Translations under genes and position numbers: made by a program | Notes under the pieces: generated by a model | Told to the model about the DNA's origin: nothing | Seen by the model: only the letters and a program-made list of their open reading frames with translations | The model's database searches: none | In this document: piece by piece, positions 1 to 9,123 of the stretch | How positions within the stretch are numbered: position 1 is the first letter of the stretch | Layout of the letters: each line of letters opens with the position of its first letter | NCBI GenBank assembly: GCA_016870615.1 | Contig: VGAZ01000003.1 | Coordinates: forward strand, 1-59,869 | Length of the DNA stretch: 59,869 bases | Direction: 5' to 3' | DNA from: Actinomycetota bacterium | Lineage (GTDB): Bacteria; Actinomycetota; Humimicrobiia; Humimicrobiales; Humimicrobiaceae

Positions 1-22
1 TTTGGAGCCTGTAATGCAGGAA

Positions 23-96
23 TGGCTGGGGAGAGAGGATTCGAACCCCTGCTCTACGGGCCAGAGCCGCATGTCCTACCGCTAGACGACTCCCCA
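23..96 (-). tRNA. tRNA-Gln (anticodon CTG), CCA encoded
   Basis: Reverse complement TGGGGAGTCGTCTAGCGGTAGGACATGCGGCTCTGGCCCGTAGAGCAGGGGTTCGAATCCTCTCTCCCCAGCCA folds as a cloverleaf with a GTTCGAAT T-loop. Confidence 0.95.
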
Positions 97-253
97 TTAA
101 AAAACTTAACTTATGTTATTGAATAATATCATAAAAACACAGCTAATATAATACTGAAATCCGGATTAAAAAGGATTTTTATAATTTAAACTGTTAAATA
201 CTGCAGCTTTTGAGTACAATCAGATAAACAATACTAATTCAGTTTTATCATTA

Positions 254-424
254 TCAGCTCTGTCCGCACTCCGGACAGTTATTGGCTTCTGAAGGAATAA
301 CAGCTCCGCATTTACTGCAGCGCTTTACAGGTATATTACATGTTTTGCAGAAAGGCACAAACTGTTCTTCCAACTCTCCTTCACAAAATGGACATTTGCA
401 GTCTTTATTCTTAACACCTGACAT
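254..424 (-). CDS. 56-aa double zinc ribbon protein (four CxxC pairs), absent from the ORF track
   Basis: Manual translation MSGVKNKDCKCPFCEGELEEQFVPFCKTCNIPVKRCSKCGAVIPSEANNCPECGQS; AGGGTGA SD upstream; starts 18 nt after the iscU stop. Confidence 0.85.
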   Translation of the reverse strand: MSGVKNKDCKCPFCEGELEEQFVPFCKTCNIPVKRCSKCGAVIPSEANNCPECGQS

Positions 425-442
425 TAAATCACCCTGTTAAAT

Positions 443-826
443 TTATTGTTTTTCTTTTATTTTATTTTGATAATCTTTAATTGCTTCATGTAATGCTTCT
501 GCCCCAAGATTTGAACAATGCATCTTATTCTTTGGAAGCCCGCCAAGCTCTTTTGCTACATCCTTGTTAGTTATTTTTAAAGCTTCTTCAAGGGTCTTGC
601 CTATTGCTAGGTCGCTAACCATGCTTGATACAGCTATTGCTGCTCCACAGCCAAAGGTCTTGAATTTTACATCTTCTATAACATTATCTTTAACTTTTAT
701 ATAAAAAGTCATCATATCCCCGCAAACAGGGTTTCCAATCTCGCCCCTGCCGTCGGCATCCTTTATTTCGCCAACATTGTGAGGAGTCATGAAATGCTGC
801 ATAACTTTTTCACTGTACTGAACCAT
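443..826 (-). CDS. iscU: Fe-S cluster scaffold IscU/NifU-N
   Basis: YSEKVMQHF, GNPVCGD, FGCGAAIA and KMHCSNL motifs with all three Cys ligands. Confidence 0.95.
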   Translation of the reverse strand: MVQYSEKVMQHFMTPHNVGEIKDADGRGEIGNPVCGDMMTFYIKVKDNVIEDVKFKTFGCGAAIAVSSMVSDLAIGKTLEEALKITNKDVAKELGGLPKNKMHCSNLGAEALHEAIKDYQNKIKEKQ

Positions 827-852
827 TTTCTACCTCTTTACTTTATAATAAC

Positions 853-878
853 TATGCCGGGCTTATATTGCCGGCATA
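853..878. repeat. Intergenic hairpin TATGCCGG-N10-CCGGCATA between iscS and iscU
   Basis: Perfect 8-bp inverted repeat read directly. Confidence 0.6.
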
Positions 879-1024
879 TAATTTATCTTATTATTGGTTT
901 CTTTATAATATATTATTTTTAATTTCAAGTTTCAAGCAACTTTAACAAAATCGCATAAATACTTTGATTTTTCATTTTAAAGACTTAATTACTGCGATAT
1001 ATTTTAATCCTGCTTTTTTAATCT

Positions 1025-2194
1025 TCAGGAGAGCGGCGACATCTTCCTTAATTTTTCAATTATAGAAGGCAAAACTTCCAGGGTTTTTTTAATTTCAGCT
1101 TCAGTATTGTATTTTCCCAGTGAAAAAAGTATGGAACCATTTGCAATTGCAGGTGAAAGACCTATGGCATTTAAAACATGTGAAGTTTTAAGTGCTGCGG
1201 ATGCGCAGGAAGAACCGCTGGAAACAGCTACTCCCTGGCTGTTCAGTAAAAGGGTAATTGATTCTCCTTCAATATATTCAAAGCTTACATGGACATTTCC
1301 AGGAAGCCTCTTTTCAGGATGGCCGTTTAATTTTACTTTTTTAATATTTTTTAAAATACCTTCTGTAAGCATATCCCTTAAAACTGTAATTGCCTTGATA
1401 TTATCTTCCATCTCAAGTTTTGCAATACTGCATGCTTTACCAAACCCGGCAATTGCAGGAACATTTTCTGTGCCGGCTCTTCTGCCGCGTTCCTGTACTC
1501 CGCCAATAATAATGGGGCGCATTTTTATGCCTTTTTTCAAATAAATGGCGGCAGCTCCTTTTGGGCCATACATCTGCTGTGCGCTGAAACTGCAGCAGTC
1601 AATGCCCAGCGCATTTACACCAAGCGGAATAATTCCCGCAGTTGCAGCACAGTCACTGTGCATCACAACTCCTGCCTGCTTTGCCAAATCAGATATATCC
1701 TTAATATGCTGGATTGTGCCAATTTCATTATTTGCATGCATTATGCTTATCAGTACCGTATTTTTCTTAATTGCTTTTTTAACATCATGCGGATCAACAA
1801 TACCATATTTATCAACAGGCAGAAGGGTTACTTCCCAGCCTTCTCTCTGCATTTCTTTTAAAGGATTTAAAATTGAATAATGTTCAATTGCTGAAGTTAT
1901 TATATGCCTGCCTTTATCCCTGTGGGCCCGGGCAATGCCCCACAATGCAGTATTGTTGGACTCAGTTGCGCAGGATGTAAAATATATTTCATCTTTTTCT
2001 GCACCAATAAGGCTGGCAACAGACATGCGCGCTTTTTCCATTTTTTCTTCAGGAATTTCCCCGAAAGAGTGAAAAGATGAAGGGTTGCCGTAATGTTTTT
2101 TAAACAGTGGCAGCATTTCCCTGTAAGCCCTGTCATCAATTCTTGTTGTTGATGCATTATCAAAAAATATCCTGTTATTTTCTAAGTTTCCCAT
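1025..2194 (-). CDS. iscS: IscS/NifS-family cysteine desulfurase homologue, PLP-lysine replaced by Gln
   Basis: FDNASTT, FTSCATESNN, NNEIGTIQ, RAGTENV and SSGSSC motifs; SAQQMYGPKG in place of SAHKxYGPKG. Confidence 0.9.
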   Translation of the reverse strand: MGNLENNRIFFDNASTTRIDDRAYREMLPLFKKHYGNPSSFHSFGEIPEEKMEKARMSVASLIGAEKDEIYFTSCATESNNTALWGIARAHRDKGRHIITSAIEHYSILNPLKEMQREGWEVTLLPVDKYGIVDPHDVKKAIKKNTVLISIMHANNEIGTIQHIKDISDLAKQAGVVMHSDCAATAGIIPLGVNALGIDCCSFSAQQMYGPKGAAAIYLKKGIKMRPIIIGGVQERGRRAGTENVPAIAGFGKACSIAKLEMEDNIKAITVLRDMLTEGILKNIKKVKLNGHPEKRLPGNVHVSFEYIEGESITLLLNSQGVAVSSGSSCASAALKTSHVLNAIGLSPAIANGSILFSLGKYNTEAEIKKTLEVLPSIIEKLRKMSPLS

Positions 2195-2651
2195 CTCTTT
2201 AAAATTATATATATTAATAAAAAATGAATGCTCTTAATTATGGCGGCCATTTATATCGGTTTATTTATTTTTAATATTTTTGAAAAACATATTGAAAAAT
2301 ACATGTCCGTCACTTTAAATACTACTAATTTACTATTAATTAAATATAAAACAATTAGAGTTAAATATCAACAATCATATTAAATCCGCAGGAATATTAT
2401 TTTAAACTTTTAAATAAAACTTTGAAAATTTGCAGACTCTCTTTTATATTTTAATCTAGTATATACTTTTCCTGTATGTGCTATGTAATTAAAAATAATA
2501 TGCAGGTTTTTAAGCACCCAAGCCTTTTTAAGCAAGAGACCTGTCTTTTATAAAAAAAGTATATCTGGTATATTATTCTAAAAGGTTTAATGACAGCAAT
2601 CAATAAAATAAAAGGTTTTATTTTTACTGTAAACAGTATGAAAGGATTAGA

Positions 2652-3893
2652 ATGATTATAGGGATAGGAAATGTAGGAAGCACATCTTTTAAAAGTAAGA
2701 TTATAGAAATTTCAGGCAATAATGAAATAAAAACTCTTGGAGAGGCAAATATTGACAGGATTAAATCTGAAGGGGAATCAACTTTTGCGCACAGTATAAA
2801 AGACAACCCCATGGAAAAGGAATCAGTCAATATTTTTGGCCTCGAGGCTTCCATAAACCTTGCTCTTGACTGGTATGTTAAAAATAATGTCATTTTAAAA
2901 CCATCTGATATACAGGCAATGGGCTTTAAATGCATACTTGGCCAAACCAATGGCGCAAATATGCTAACACCGGCTATTCTTGCTGAAATGCAGAAGTATG
3001 CGTTTGTTGCCCCTGTACATAATATCCCCTATATTGAATCAATAGGCATATTCAGTAAAATACTCAATGTGCCAATGGTAGGGGTGTTTGAACCGTCATT
3101 TCATTACTCAATTCCTGAATTCAGGAGACCGCTCAGTTTTCCATGGGAATGGTATGAAAAGCTCGGAATAAAAAAATTCGGTTTTCATGGCTCTTCGCAC
3201 AGGTATCTTTCAGCTATGGCTTTTAAATTGATGGATAGTGAAAATATAAGGCTTATAACAATACACCTTGGCGGCTCAAGTTCAGTATGTGCCGTAAAAA
3301 ACGGAAAATCAATTGACACAAGCATGAGCTTTTCACCAAACTCAGGGCTTTTCCAGGGGACAAGAAGCGGGGATGTTGATGGCACAGCTTTATTATATGC
3401 AATGAAAGAGCTTGGTATTTCAATTGAAGAGGCGCAGTCTGAGATTTCAAATAATGCGGGGCTTAAGGGCATTGCAGGAATCGGCACTGAGGACTTCAGG
3501 GAGATTCTCAAAGCCAGCGAGGAAGGAAATAAAAGGGCAAGGATTGCTATTGAGGCTTACATAGATGGCATAAGAAAATATATAGGCTCTTTTGCTGCTG
3601 TTATGGGCGGCGTTGACTGCCTGGTTTTAAGCGGCGGAATTGGTGAGAAAAATGTAAAAATAAGGCAGAGGCTTCTTGAAGGGCTTGAATTTATGGGCAT
3701 TAAACTTGACGGGATGCGCAATAATGAAATAGGCGGCGGCCAGGGTATGATATCTTCAGATTACTCATTTGAATCAAAGGCAAAAATATTTGTCATACCC
3801 ACTAATGAAGAGCTTGTTGTTGCAAGTTTTACAAAAAAAGTCGTTGAACTCGGAAGGGATTTAAAACCTGAGGAGATGGTTTTCAGGCTTTAA
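2652..3893 (+). CDS. ackA: Acetate/propionate kinase family protein (divergent)
   Basis: NVGSTSFK, APVHN, FGFHGSSH, HLGGSSSVCA, GTRSGDVD, SGGIGE and IPTNEE motifs. Confidence 0.85.
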   Translation: MIIGIGNVGSTSFKSKIIEISGNNEIKTLGEANIDRIKSEGESTFAHSIKDNPMEKESVNIFGLEASINLALDWYVKNNVILKPSDIQAMGFKCILGQTNGANMLTPAILAEMQKYAFVAPVHNIPYIESIGIFSKILNVPMVGVFEPSFHYSIPEFRRPLSFPWEWYEKLGIKKFGFHGSSHRYLSAMAFKLMDSENIRLITIHLGGSSSVCAVKNGKSIDTSMSFSPNSGLFQGTRSGDVDGTALLYAMKELGISIEEAQSEISNNAGLKGIAGIGTEDFREILKASEEGNKRARIAIEAYIDGIRKYIGSFAAVMGGVDCLVLSGGIGEKNVKIRQRLLEGLEFMGIKLDGMRNNEIGGGQGMISSDYSFESKAKIFVIPTNEELVVASFTKKVVELGRDLKPEEMVFRL

Positions 3894-4023
3894 AACTGCA
3901 AAAGCTTTTTAATTTTGGATTTTTTTATTTTCAAACCTTATTGTAAATTATTTTGTACCATTTATTAATAAAGCTAATATTATAAGCAAAGTTTAAAAAA
4001 CAGCAATTACTGCAGATTTAATA

Positions 4024-4052
4024 TTTAACAAAATATTTGTTAATGTTAATAT
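4024..4052 (+). promoter_or_regulatory. Sigma70-type promoter with extended -10, 6 nt before ATG (leaderless candidate)
   Basis: TTTAAC-17nt-TAATAT with TG at 4044-45; no SD before the ATG at 4059. Confidence 0.45.
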
Positions 4053-4058
4053 TACCTG

Positions 4059-5093
4059 ATGAAAAACATGAGTCTTAAATACAGGGCTTCAGATTCAAGG
4101 ATATTTTCTTTTTTAATAATACTTTTAATTTATATACTTGCATTTTTTGCAGGATTTTACACGTTTAAATTTTTAAACAGCTCAGGTTTTCATTTTTTAT
4201 TATCCTTTTTTATTGCAGATGTATCTGCAACCATTCTTGTCTGGTTGTCTGGTATTATACTGAAAAATTCAAGCGTTTATGATCCCTACTGGAGCGTTGC
4301 CCCTTTTGTAATTATCTTTTCCTGGATAATCCTGAGAAATACAGGTTTTGTGTTAACTGATGTACTGCTTCTTGCAGCTGTGTTTTTCTGGGGCACAAGG
4401 CTGACTCTTAACTGGGCAATAAAATGGCAGGGCATGGCTCACCAGGACTGGCGGTACAGCATGCTCAGGAAAAAATCACCAAAAATGTGGTTATTAACAA
4501 ATCTTGTGGGCATAAACCTGGTACCGACCATAGTTGTTTACCTTGCACTGGTTCCTGCTTATTTTACAGTGATATTTAATTCCCCGGCAATGCAAAGCAG
4601 AGTAAATACGGCGTATGGGTTTTACAGCTTAAATCCTGTAATTATTTCGGGATTTATTATTTGTATTGCATCGGCAGTAATCCAGGCAGTTTCTGACCGT
4701 CAGATGGACAGGTTCAGGAAAATTAACAAAACAGGCAGCAGCCCCCAAGTTTATAATGGTGAAAAACCAAGTATTAATAATATATCGCTTAATAGTAATT
4801 CCAGACAGGGCCATATTGACGAAGGCCTGTGGCGCTACAGCCGCCACCCCAATTATTTTAGTGAAGTGCTTTTCTGGTGGGGGATATGGGTAATTCAAAT
4901 TGGCGCAGTTGACTTAAAAAATACAGGCTCATGGATATGGTGGACAATTGCCGGGCCCGTGTTTATGACTCTTTTATTTTTATTTATAAGCATACCCATG
5001 ATGGAGAAATACCTAATATCAAAGCGGCCTTCATACATTGAATACAAAAGCAAGGTTTCAATGCTTATACCATGGTTCAGGGTAAGGCAATAA
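4059..5093 (+). CDS. DUF1295 / steroid 5-alpha-reductase-like membrane protein
   Basis: NSSVYDPYWS, DWRY and GLWRYSRHPNYF motifs; multiple TM segments. Confidence 0.9.
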   Translation: MKNMSLKYRASDSRIFSFLIILLIYILAFFAGFYTFKFLNSSGFHFLLSFFIADVSATILVWLSGIILKNSSVYDPYWSVAPFVIIFSWIILRNTGFVLTDVLLLAAVFFWGTRLTLNWAIKWQGMAHQDWRYSMLRKKSPKMWLLTNLVGINLVPTIVVYLALVPAYFTVIFNSPAMQSRVNTAYGFYSLNPVIISGFIICIASAVIQAVSDRQMDRFRKINKTGSSPQVYNGEKPSINNISLNSNSRQGHIDEGLWRYSRHPNYFSEVLFWWGIWVIQIGAVDLKNTGSWIWWTIAGPVFMTLLFLFISIPMMEKYLISKRPSYIEYKSKVSMLIPWFRVRQ

Positions 5094-5268
5094 GACCGCA
5101 TGGGCTAGTTGCTGGCTAAAGCTTAAAGGCCGGATAGAATAGAAGGTCTTTTCATTTCAATACTTTTTTTAATTTATTATTTATTGTCAAGTGTTGATCC
5201 CATATCAAAAATAGAGCAGGTAATAGATAAAATTATTTTAGAGTTATTATTGTTTTCGGCTTTGCTAA

Positions 5269-5586
5269 TCAATAGTAAGTTATATATAAGTAAATGTGGT
5301 CAAGATAGATACTTACAGTATCACTGATTAAATCATCATTTGTCTCACCGTCAAGCCCGAGTTTTAACTGGAAATAATCCCTGCCAGTTTCATTTAGTAC
5401 CAGCTGGAGCTGATTCTTTAAGGTGTCTCCAGTAATGGTATAAGAAGTGCTGGAAATTGGTATTTGTGCAAGCCTTGTTCCGCCAGGATTAAAATCTTCC
5501 GCATCCAGGGAATTTCCGTAATTAAAAGCTTTTATATCAGTAATTGTTGCAAATGATTGAGGGTTATTATCAAATGCCTTTAACAA
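5269..5586 (-). pseudogene. Probable C-terminal fragment of a secreted beta-rich protein
   Basis: Protein-like composition but no SD or signal peptide; the apparent start lies inside the 3' end of the pfkB gene. Confidence 0.4.
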
Positions 5587-6592
5587 CCCTAACCTGGTTT
5601 ACAGCTATTTCTCTTTTTAATTCATCATAATTCAAAAGAATATTCTTGGCACCTTTATGTCCCAGCACTGAGTGTGAGTTGGCTATGGCAAGTCTTATAG
5701 CATTGACAAAGTCATTAGTTTTAATAATTCCTGCTAAAAAGGTGGAAGCAAAGCTATCGCCTGCTCCTGTTGTTTCAATAATTGGAATATCTATGGGATA
5801 GATTGTATAAAAATTAAAATTTTCATCCACACCATATATCGGATTAGAACCATCAGTAATAATTACTGTTTTGGGACCCAGTGATTTTAATATTTGCAGT
5901 TTCTCCTCCATGTTCATATCAGTATTTGCATCTTTATGATCATTGACAATAAGATGTGAAGCTTCTTCCGCATTTAAAATCAAAATATCCAGATTAATAA
6001 GTATTTTTTTTAAAAAATTGCTGCCCTTTTCACACATGTAATTATTGGGATTAAAAGAAGTTTTTATGCCATTTTTTGAAGCAAATCCTGCTATCTCTTC
6101 CATTGTTTTAAATGACTCCTGCATCATTGCTGAAAAATGAAACCACTTTGTCTTAATTTTTTTAAAATCAATCTCTTCTGCTTTTAAGTTATCATTTGCG
6201 CCCCTGTAGGTGAGTATGGTTCTTTGACGCTCAATACTGTCCAGTACTACCGAATAACCTGTTTGCCCATCTTTGCTTACAACACCAAGAAAATCTATTT
6301 TTTCCTTCTTTAACTCATCAAGGATAATATTTCCGTTTAAATCATCTCCTGTCTTTCCAATATATCCAGTTTTTAAACCAATTCTTGAAAGGCAGACCGC
6401 AGCATTGGTTCCTCCTCCGCCAGTATAAAATCCAAGCTCGTTTATTTTAAGTTTTGTTCCCAGTGGATAACAGATAAAATTTGATTGGGAAGTTAAGGTT
6501 CTTGTGCTTATTGATTCTACCCTGTCAGTATAGACAAATGCATCTATGGTATTTGAACCTACAGTAATAACATCATATGCTTCATAATTCAT
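5570..6592 (-). CDS. PfkB/ribokinase-family carbohydrate kinase
   Basis: GGGGTNAAV N-terminal and ETTGAGDSF C-terminal PfkB signatures. Confidence 0.92.
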   Translation of the reverse strand: MNYEAYDVITVGSNTIDAFVYTDRVESISTRTLTSQSNFICYPLGTKLKINELGFYTGGGGTNAAVCLSRIGLKTGYIGKTGDDLNGNIILDELKKEKIDFLGVVSKDGQTGYSVVLDSIERQRTILTYRGANDNLKAEEIDFKKIKTKWFHFSAMMQESFKTMEEIAGFASKNGIKTSFNPNNYMCEKGSNFLKKILINLDILILNAEEASHLIVNDHKDANTDMNMEEKLQILKSLGPKTVIITDGSNPIYGVDENFNFYTIYPIDIPIIETTGAGDSFASTFLAGIIKTNDFVNAIRLAIANSHSVLGHKGAKNILLNYDELKREIAVNQVRVVKGI

Positions 6593-6760
6593 AATTTTTT
6601 ATCCTTTAAGACAAGTTATTTTCATAAAATCATTTCCATTAATATTTTTATCCGGGTTATAATTTTATAATAATAAATGATTTTTATGATCATATTATTT
6701 TTCTGCATATACTTTTCTTTGGATAATAAATCAATTTTATTTCTTTTTGCCGGCCAATAA

Positions 6761-7090
6761 TCATAATAGCTTGTCTTTTCTTCTTGGTCTTATTCTATTT
6801 TTGTAATATTTTTGTATTTCTTTTTGGGGCAGATACTGCAGCCCTTTCTGAATCAAGGTTCTTAATTCCTTTAAAAATGGGTATCTTGGATTAAACTGGT
6901 AAAGCCTTGTCCTGCCTGCCATTAAGCTAACTACAATTCCGCCATCTTCCAATCTCTTAAGCTGCTGCTGGATTCCATTTACGGGAATGCCAAATAGCTT
7001 TGCAAGTCCAGTAGGATATACCTGCTCATAAACCTCAAGGGCAAATAAAACTTTTTCTACAGTAGCGTTACCAAATACAGGCTCCAGCAT
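6761..7090 (-). CDS. Winged-helix (ArsR-like) DNA-binding protein
   Basis: HTH-like GLAKLFGIPVNGIQQQLKRLEDGG followed by the GRTRLYQFNPRYPF wing; AGGAG SD. Confidence 0.75.
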   Translation of the reverse strand: MLEPVFGNATVEKVLFALEVYEQVYPTGLAKLFGIPVNGIQQQLKRLEDGGIVVSLMAGRTRLYQFNPRYPFLKELRTLIQKGLQYLPQKEIQKYYKNRIRPRRKDKLL

Positions 7091-7304
7091 AATTTAACTC
7101 CTTTACCATAATATATGTTTATATTAACATAATTTATGGTAATTTTAAATACTATTTAGTAATTTTTTTCTATCTGATGAGGAATTGTAAATACACGCAT
7201 ACATACCGGAATGGCTGGCCCATGTAGTGAAATTTCAAACCATTTTTTAAAGGAAATAAATAATTTAAGGAATTTTTTAGAAACAATTCTTAATAGGTTT
7301 TAAT

Positions 7305-7529
7305 TTATAGCTTGCTTAGAAACTCTTCAATTGTTAACCCTGATTTATCAATCAATGATCTTAAAGTTCCTCTGGCAACTTCTGGATGATTTGGAATAGA
7401 TAATGTTGAGATGTTGCCTTCTTTAGTAAGAATTACATGACTCCCGCTGGGTCTTCTTGCTACCAACCACCCGAACTTTTTAAAAACTCTTATCACATCT
7501 TTGGGTTTAAGTATTGGAACTTGAGTCAC
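7305..7529 (-). CDS. hicA: HicA-family toxin (mRNA interferase)
   Basis: GSH catalytic motif, SIPNH, GTLRSLI. Confidence 0.9.
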   Translation of the reverse strand: MTQVPILKPKDVIRVFKKFGWLVARRPSGSHVILTKEGNISTLSIPNHPEVARGTLRSLIDKSGLTIEEFLSKL

Positions 7530-7735
7530 TATACTTTAACCTCTACTTGACGTGTTGATATTGTAAGGGGCATTCCTTTTTCGGCTCTTACTTCAAGACA
7601 TTCTTTTATGGCATTCTGTATATTGCTTTCTGCTTCTTTTTCGGTTTTTCCCTGGCTTACACAACCAGGAATTGAGGGGCATTCTGCAATATAAATACCG
7701 TCTTCATCTTTGAATAAAGTAATTATAAATTTCAT
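7529..7735 (-). CDS. hicB: Short HicB-family antitoxin
   Basis: DEDGIYIAECPSIPGCVSQGKT motif; stop overlaps the hicA start. Confidence 0.9.
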   Translation of the reverse strand: MKFIITLFKDEDGIYIAECPSIPGCVSQGKTEKEAESNIQNAIKECLEVRAEKGMPLTISTRQVEVKV

Positions 7736-7881
7736 AATTTCTCCATATTTTTTAATACTTTAAATCATTATAAATTATTGTTCTCTAAATTTAAATATAA
7801 CTAATTTTAAAAACTACATTGTGTACCAAACCCTTATGGTCTTAGGGAGGATTGCTCCGGAATTTGGGTGAAGATCTAAGT

Positions 7882-7906
7882 TGGCTGCCCAGAGAGGATT
7901 TTAACC
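7882..7906 (-). other. Degenerate tRNA 3'-end fragment (possible att scar)
   Basis: TGGCTGCCCAGAGAGGATTTTAACC matches tRNA-Gln positions 23-47 (TGGCTGGGGAGAGAGGATTCGAACC) at 20/25. Confidence 0.5.
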
Positions 7907-7917
7907 GGTAAATAAAT

Positions 7918-9123
7918 TTAACCTGATATTTCTTTAATGCCGGCAACAAACATTTTATTGTTGCCGAATTTTTCAGCTATTTTTTTTAAAGCGGCAGTTA
8001 GCTTTTCATCTTTTCTTTCTTCTTTAATAAGCACATTATCAAGAATGCAGCTTTTTTCCAGCCCGCTCACATATACACCAATAAGGCGTATTTTTTTTCT
8101 TAAAAGATCAACATTTTTAAAAAGTTTTAGGGAGGACTTATATATGTCAAATATTGCAGACGTATGTTGAGAAATGGATGATCTCCTGGTAATAGTTTTA
8201 AAATCAGAGAATCTTATCTTTATTGTTACCGTTTTACCTTTATAGCCCTTTGAGTAAAGATTTACGGATATTTTCTGGGAAAGAAACAAAAGAATGGACT
8301 TTATAGCATTTATATCGTCTATATCCCTGGAAAAAGTTATCTCCCTGCCAATGGATTTTGCATCATGGAAGGGGATAACGCTGCGATTGTCAATCCCGCA
8401 TGACATTTCATGCATAAAACTGCCCATGGACTCACCGAATTTCTTCCTGAGCGCCTCAGGCGGTATTTTTGAAAGATCACCTATTGTCTTTATGCCCATC
8501 ATATCGAGTGATTTATCTGTAACCCTGCCAACGCCCCATATAAAAGATACAGGCAGCTTCCTTATTTTTGAAATCATTTCAGGGGTGTTTTCAAGCACAG
8601 TCAGGCCGTTTGGCTTCCCAAGGCCTGAAGCAAGCTTTGCAAGGAATTTATTGGGCCCAATGCCTGCTGAAGACGTTAGGTTTGTCTTTTCATAGATTTC
8701 ACCCTTTATTTTTTTTGCTATTTCAAGAGCGCTGCCGAAAAGCCTTTGGCAGCCGCTTACATCAAGAAATCCCTCATCACATCCTATTACTTCAACAAGG
8801 GGGGTATATTTAAAAAATATTTCCCTTATTTTTGCTGATTCTGAAAGGTATTTTTCCATATCCACCGGAACATATATGCCTTCGGGACACAGCCTTCTTG
8901 CCCTTGCAAGAGGCATGCCTGAATGCAGGCCGTATTTTCTTGCTTCATAGGATGCGGTGGATATTACGCCCCGGTTTAAGGGCCCTCCAACTATAAGGGG
9001 CCTGTTTTTGTATTCGGGATGATCGCGCTGCTCAATTTGTGCAAAAAATGCATCCATATCCACATGTATTATTTTCCTGCCGCCAGGGCATGGGGCTGGC
9101 GTATTATTTATGCCTGTATCCAT
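7918..9123 (-). CDS. dinB: DNA polymerase IV (Y family)
   Basis: HVDMDAFF, ASYEAR, CDEGFLD and NKFLAKLAS motifs; catalytic acidic residues intact. Confidence 0.95.
   Translation of the reverse strand: MDTGINNTPAPCPGGRKIIHVDMDAFFAQIEQRDHPEYKNRPLIVGGPLNRGVISTASYEARKYGLHSGMPLARARRLCPEGIYVPVDMEKYLSESAKIREIFFKYTPLVEVIGCDEGFLDVSGCQRLFGSALEIAKKIKGEIYEKTNLTSSAGIGPNKFLAKLASGLGKPNGLTVLENTPEMISKIRKLPVSFIWGVGRVTDKSLDMMGIKTIGDLSKIPPEALRKKFGESMGSFMHEMSCGIDNRSVIPFHDAKSIGREITFSRDIDDINAIKSILLFLSQKISVNLYSKGYKGKTVTIKIRFSDFKTITRRSSISQHTSAIFDIYKSSLKLFKNVDLLRKKIRLIGVYVSGLEKSCILDNVLIKEERKDEKLTAALKKIAEKFGNNKMFVAGIKEISG

Noticed and set aside
1107-1880. Plus-strand ORFs antisense to iscS, and the many similar shadow ORFs across the window
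   Set aside because: They are reverse-frame shadows of well-supported genes, with no motifs or SD
2317-2342. Possible Rrf2/IscR-like operator upstream of iscS (ATACTACTAATTTACTATTAAT)
   Set aside because: Weak dyad in very AT-rich DNA and no rrf2 gene adjacent
5093-5155. Structured-looking sequence after DUF1295
   Set aside because: No riboswitch consensus; it lies between convergent genes, so a terminator is the simpler explanation
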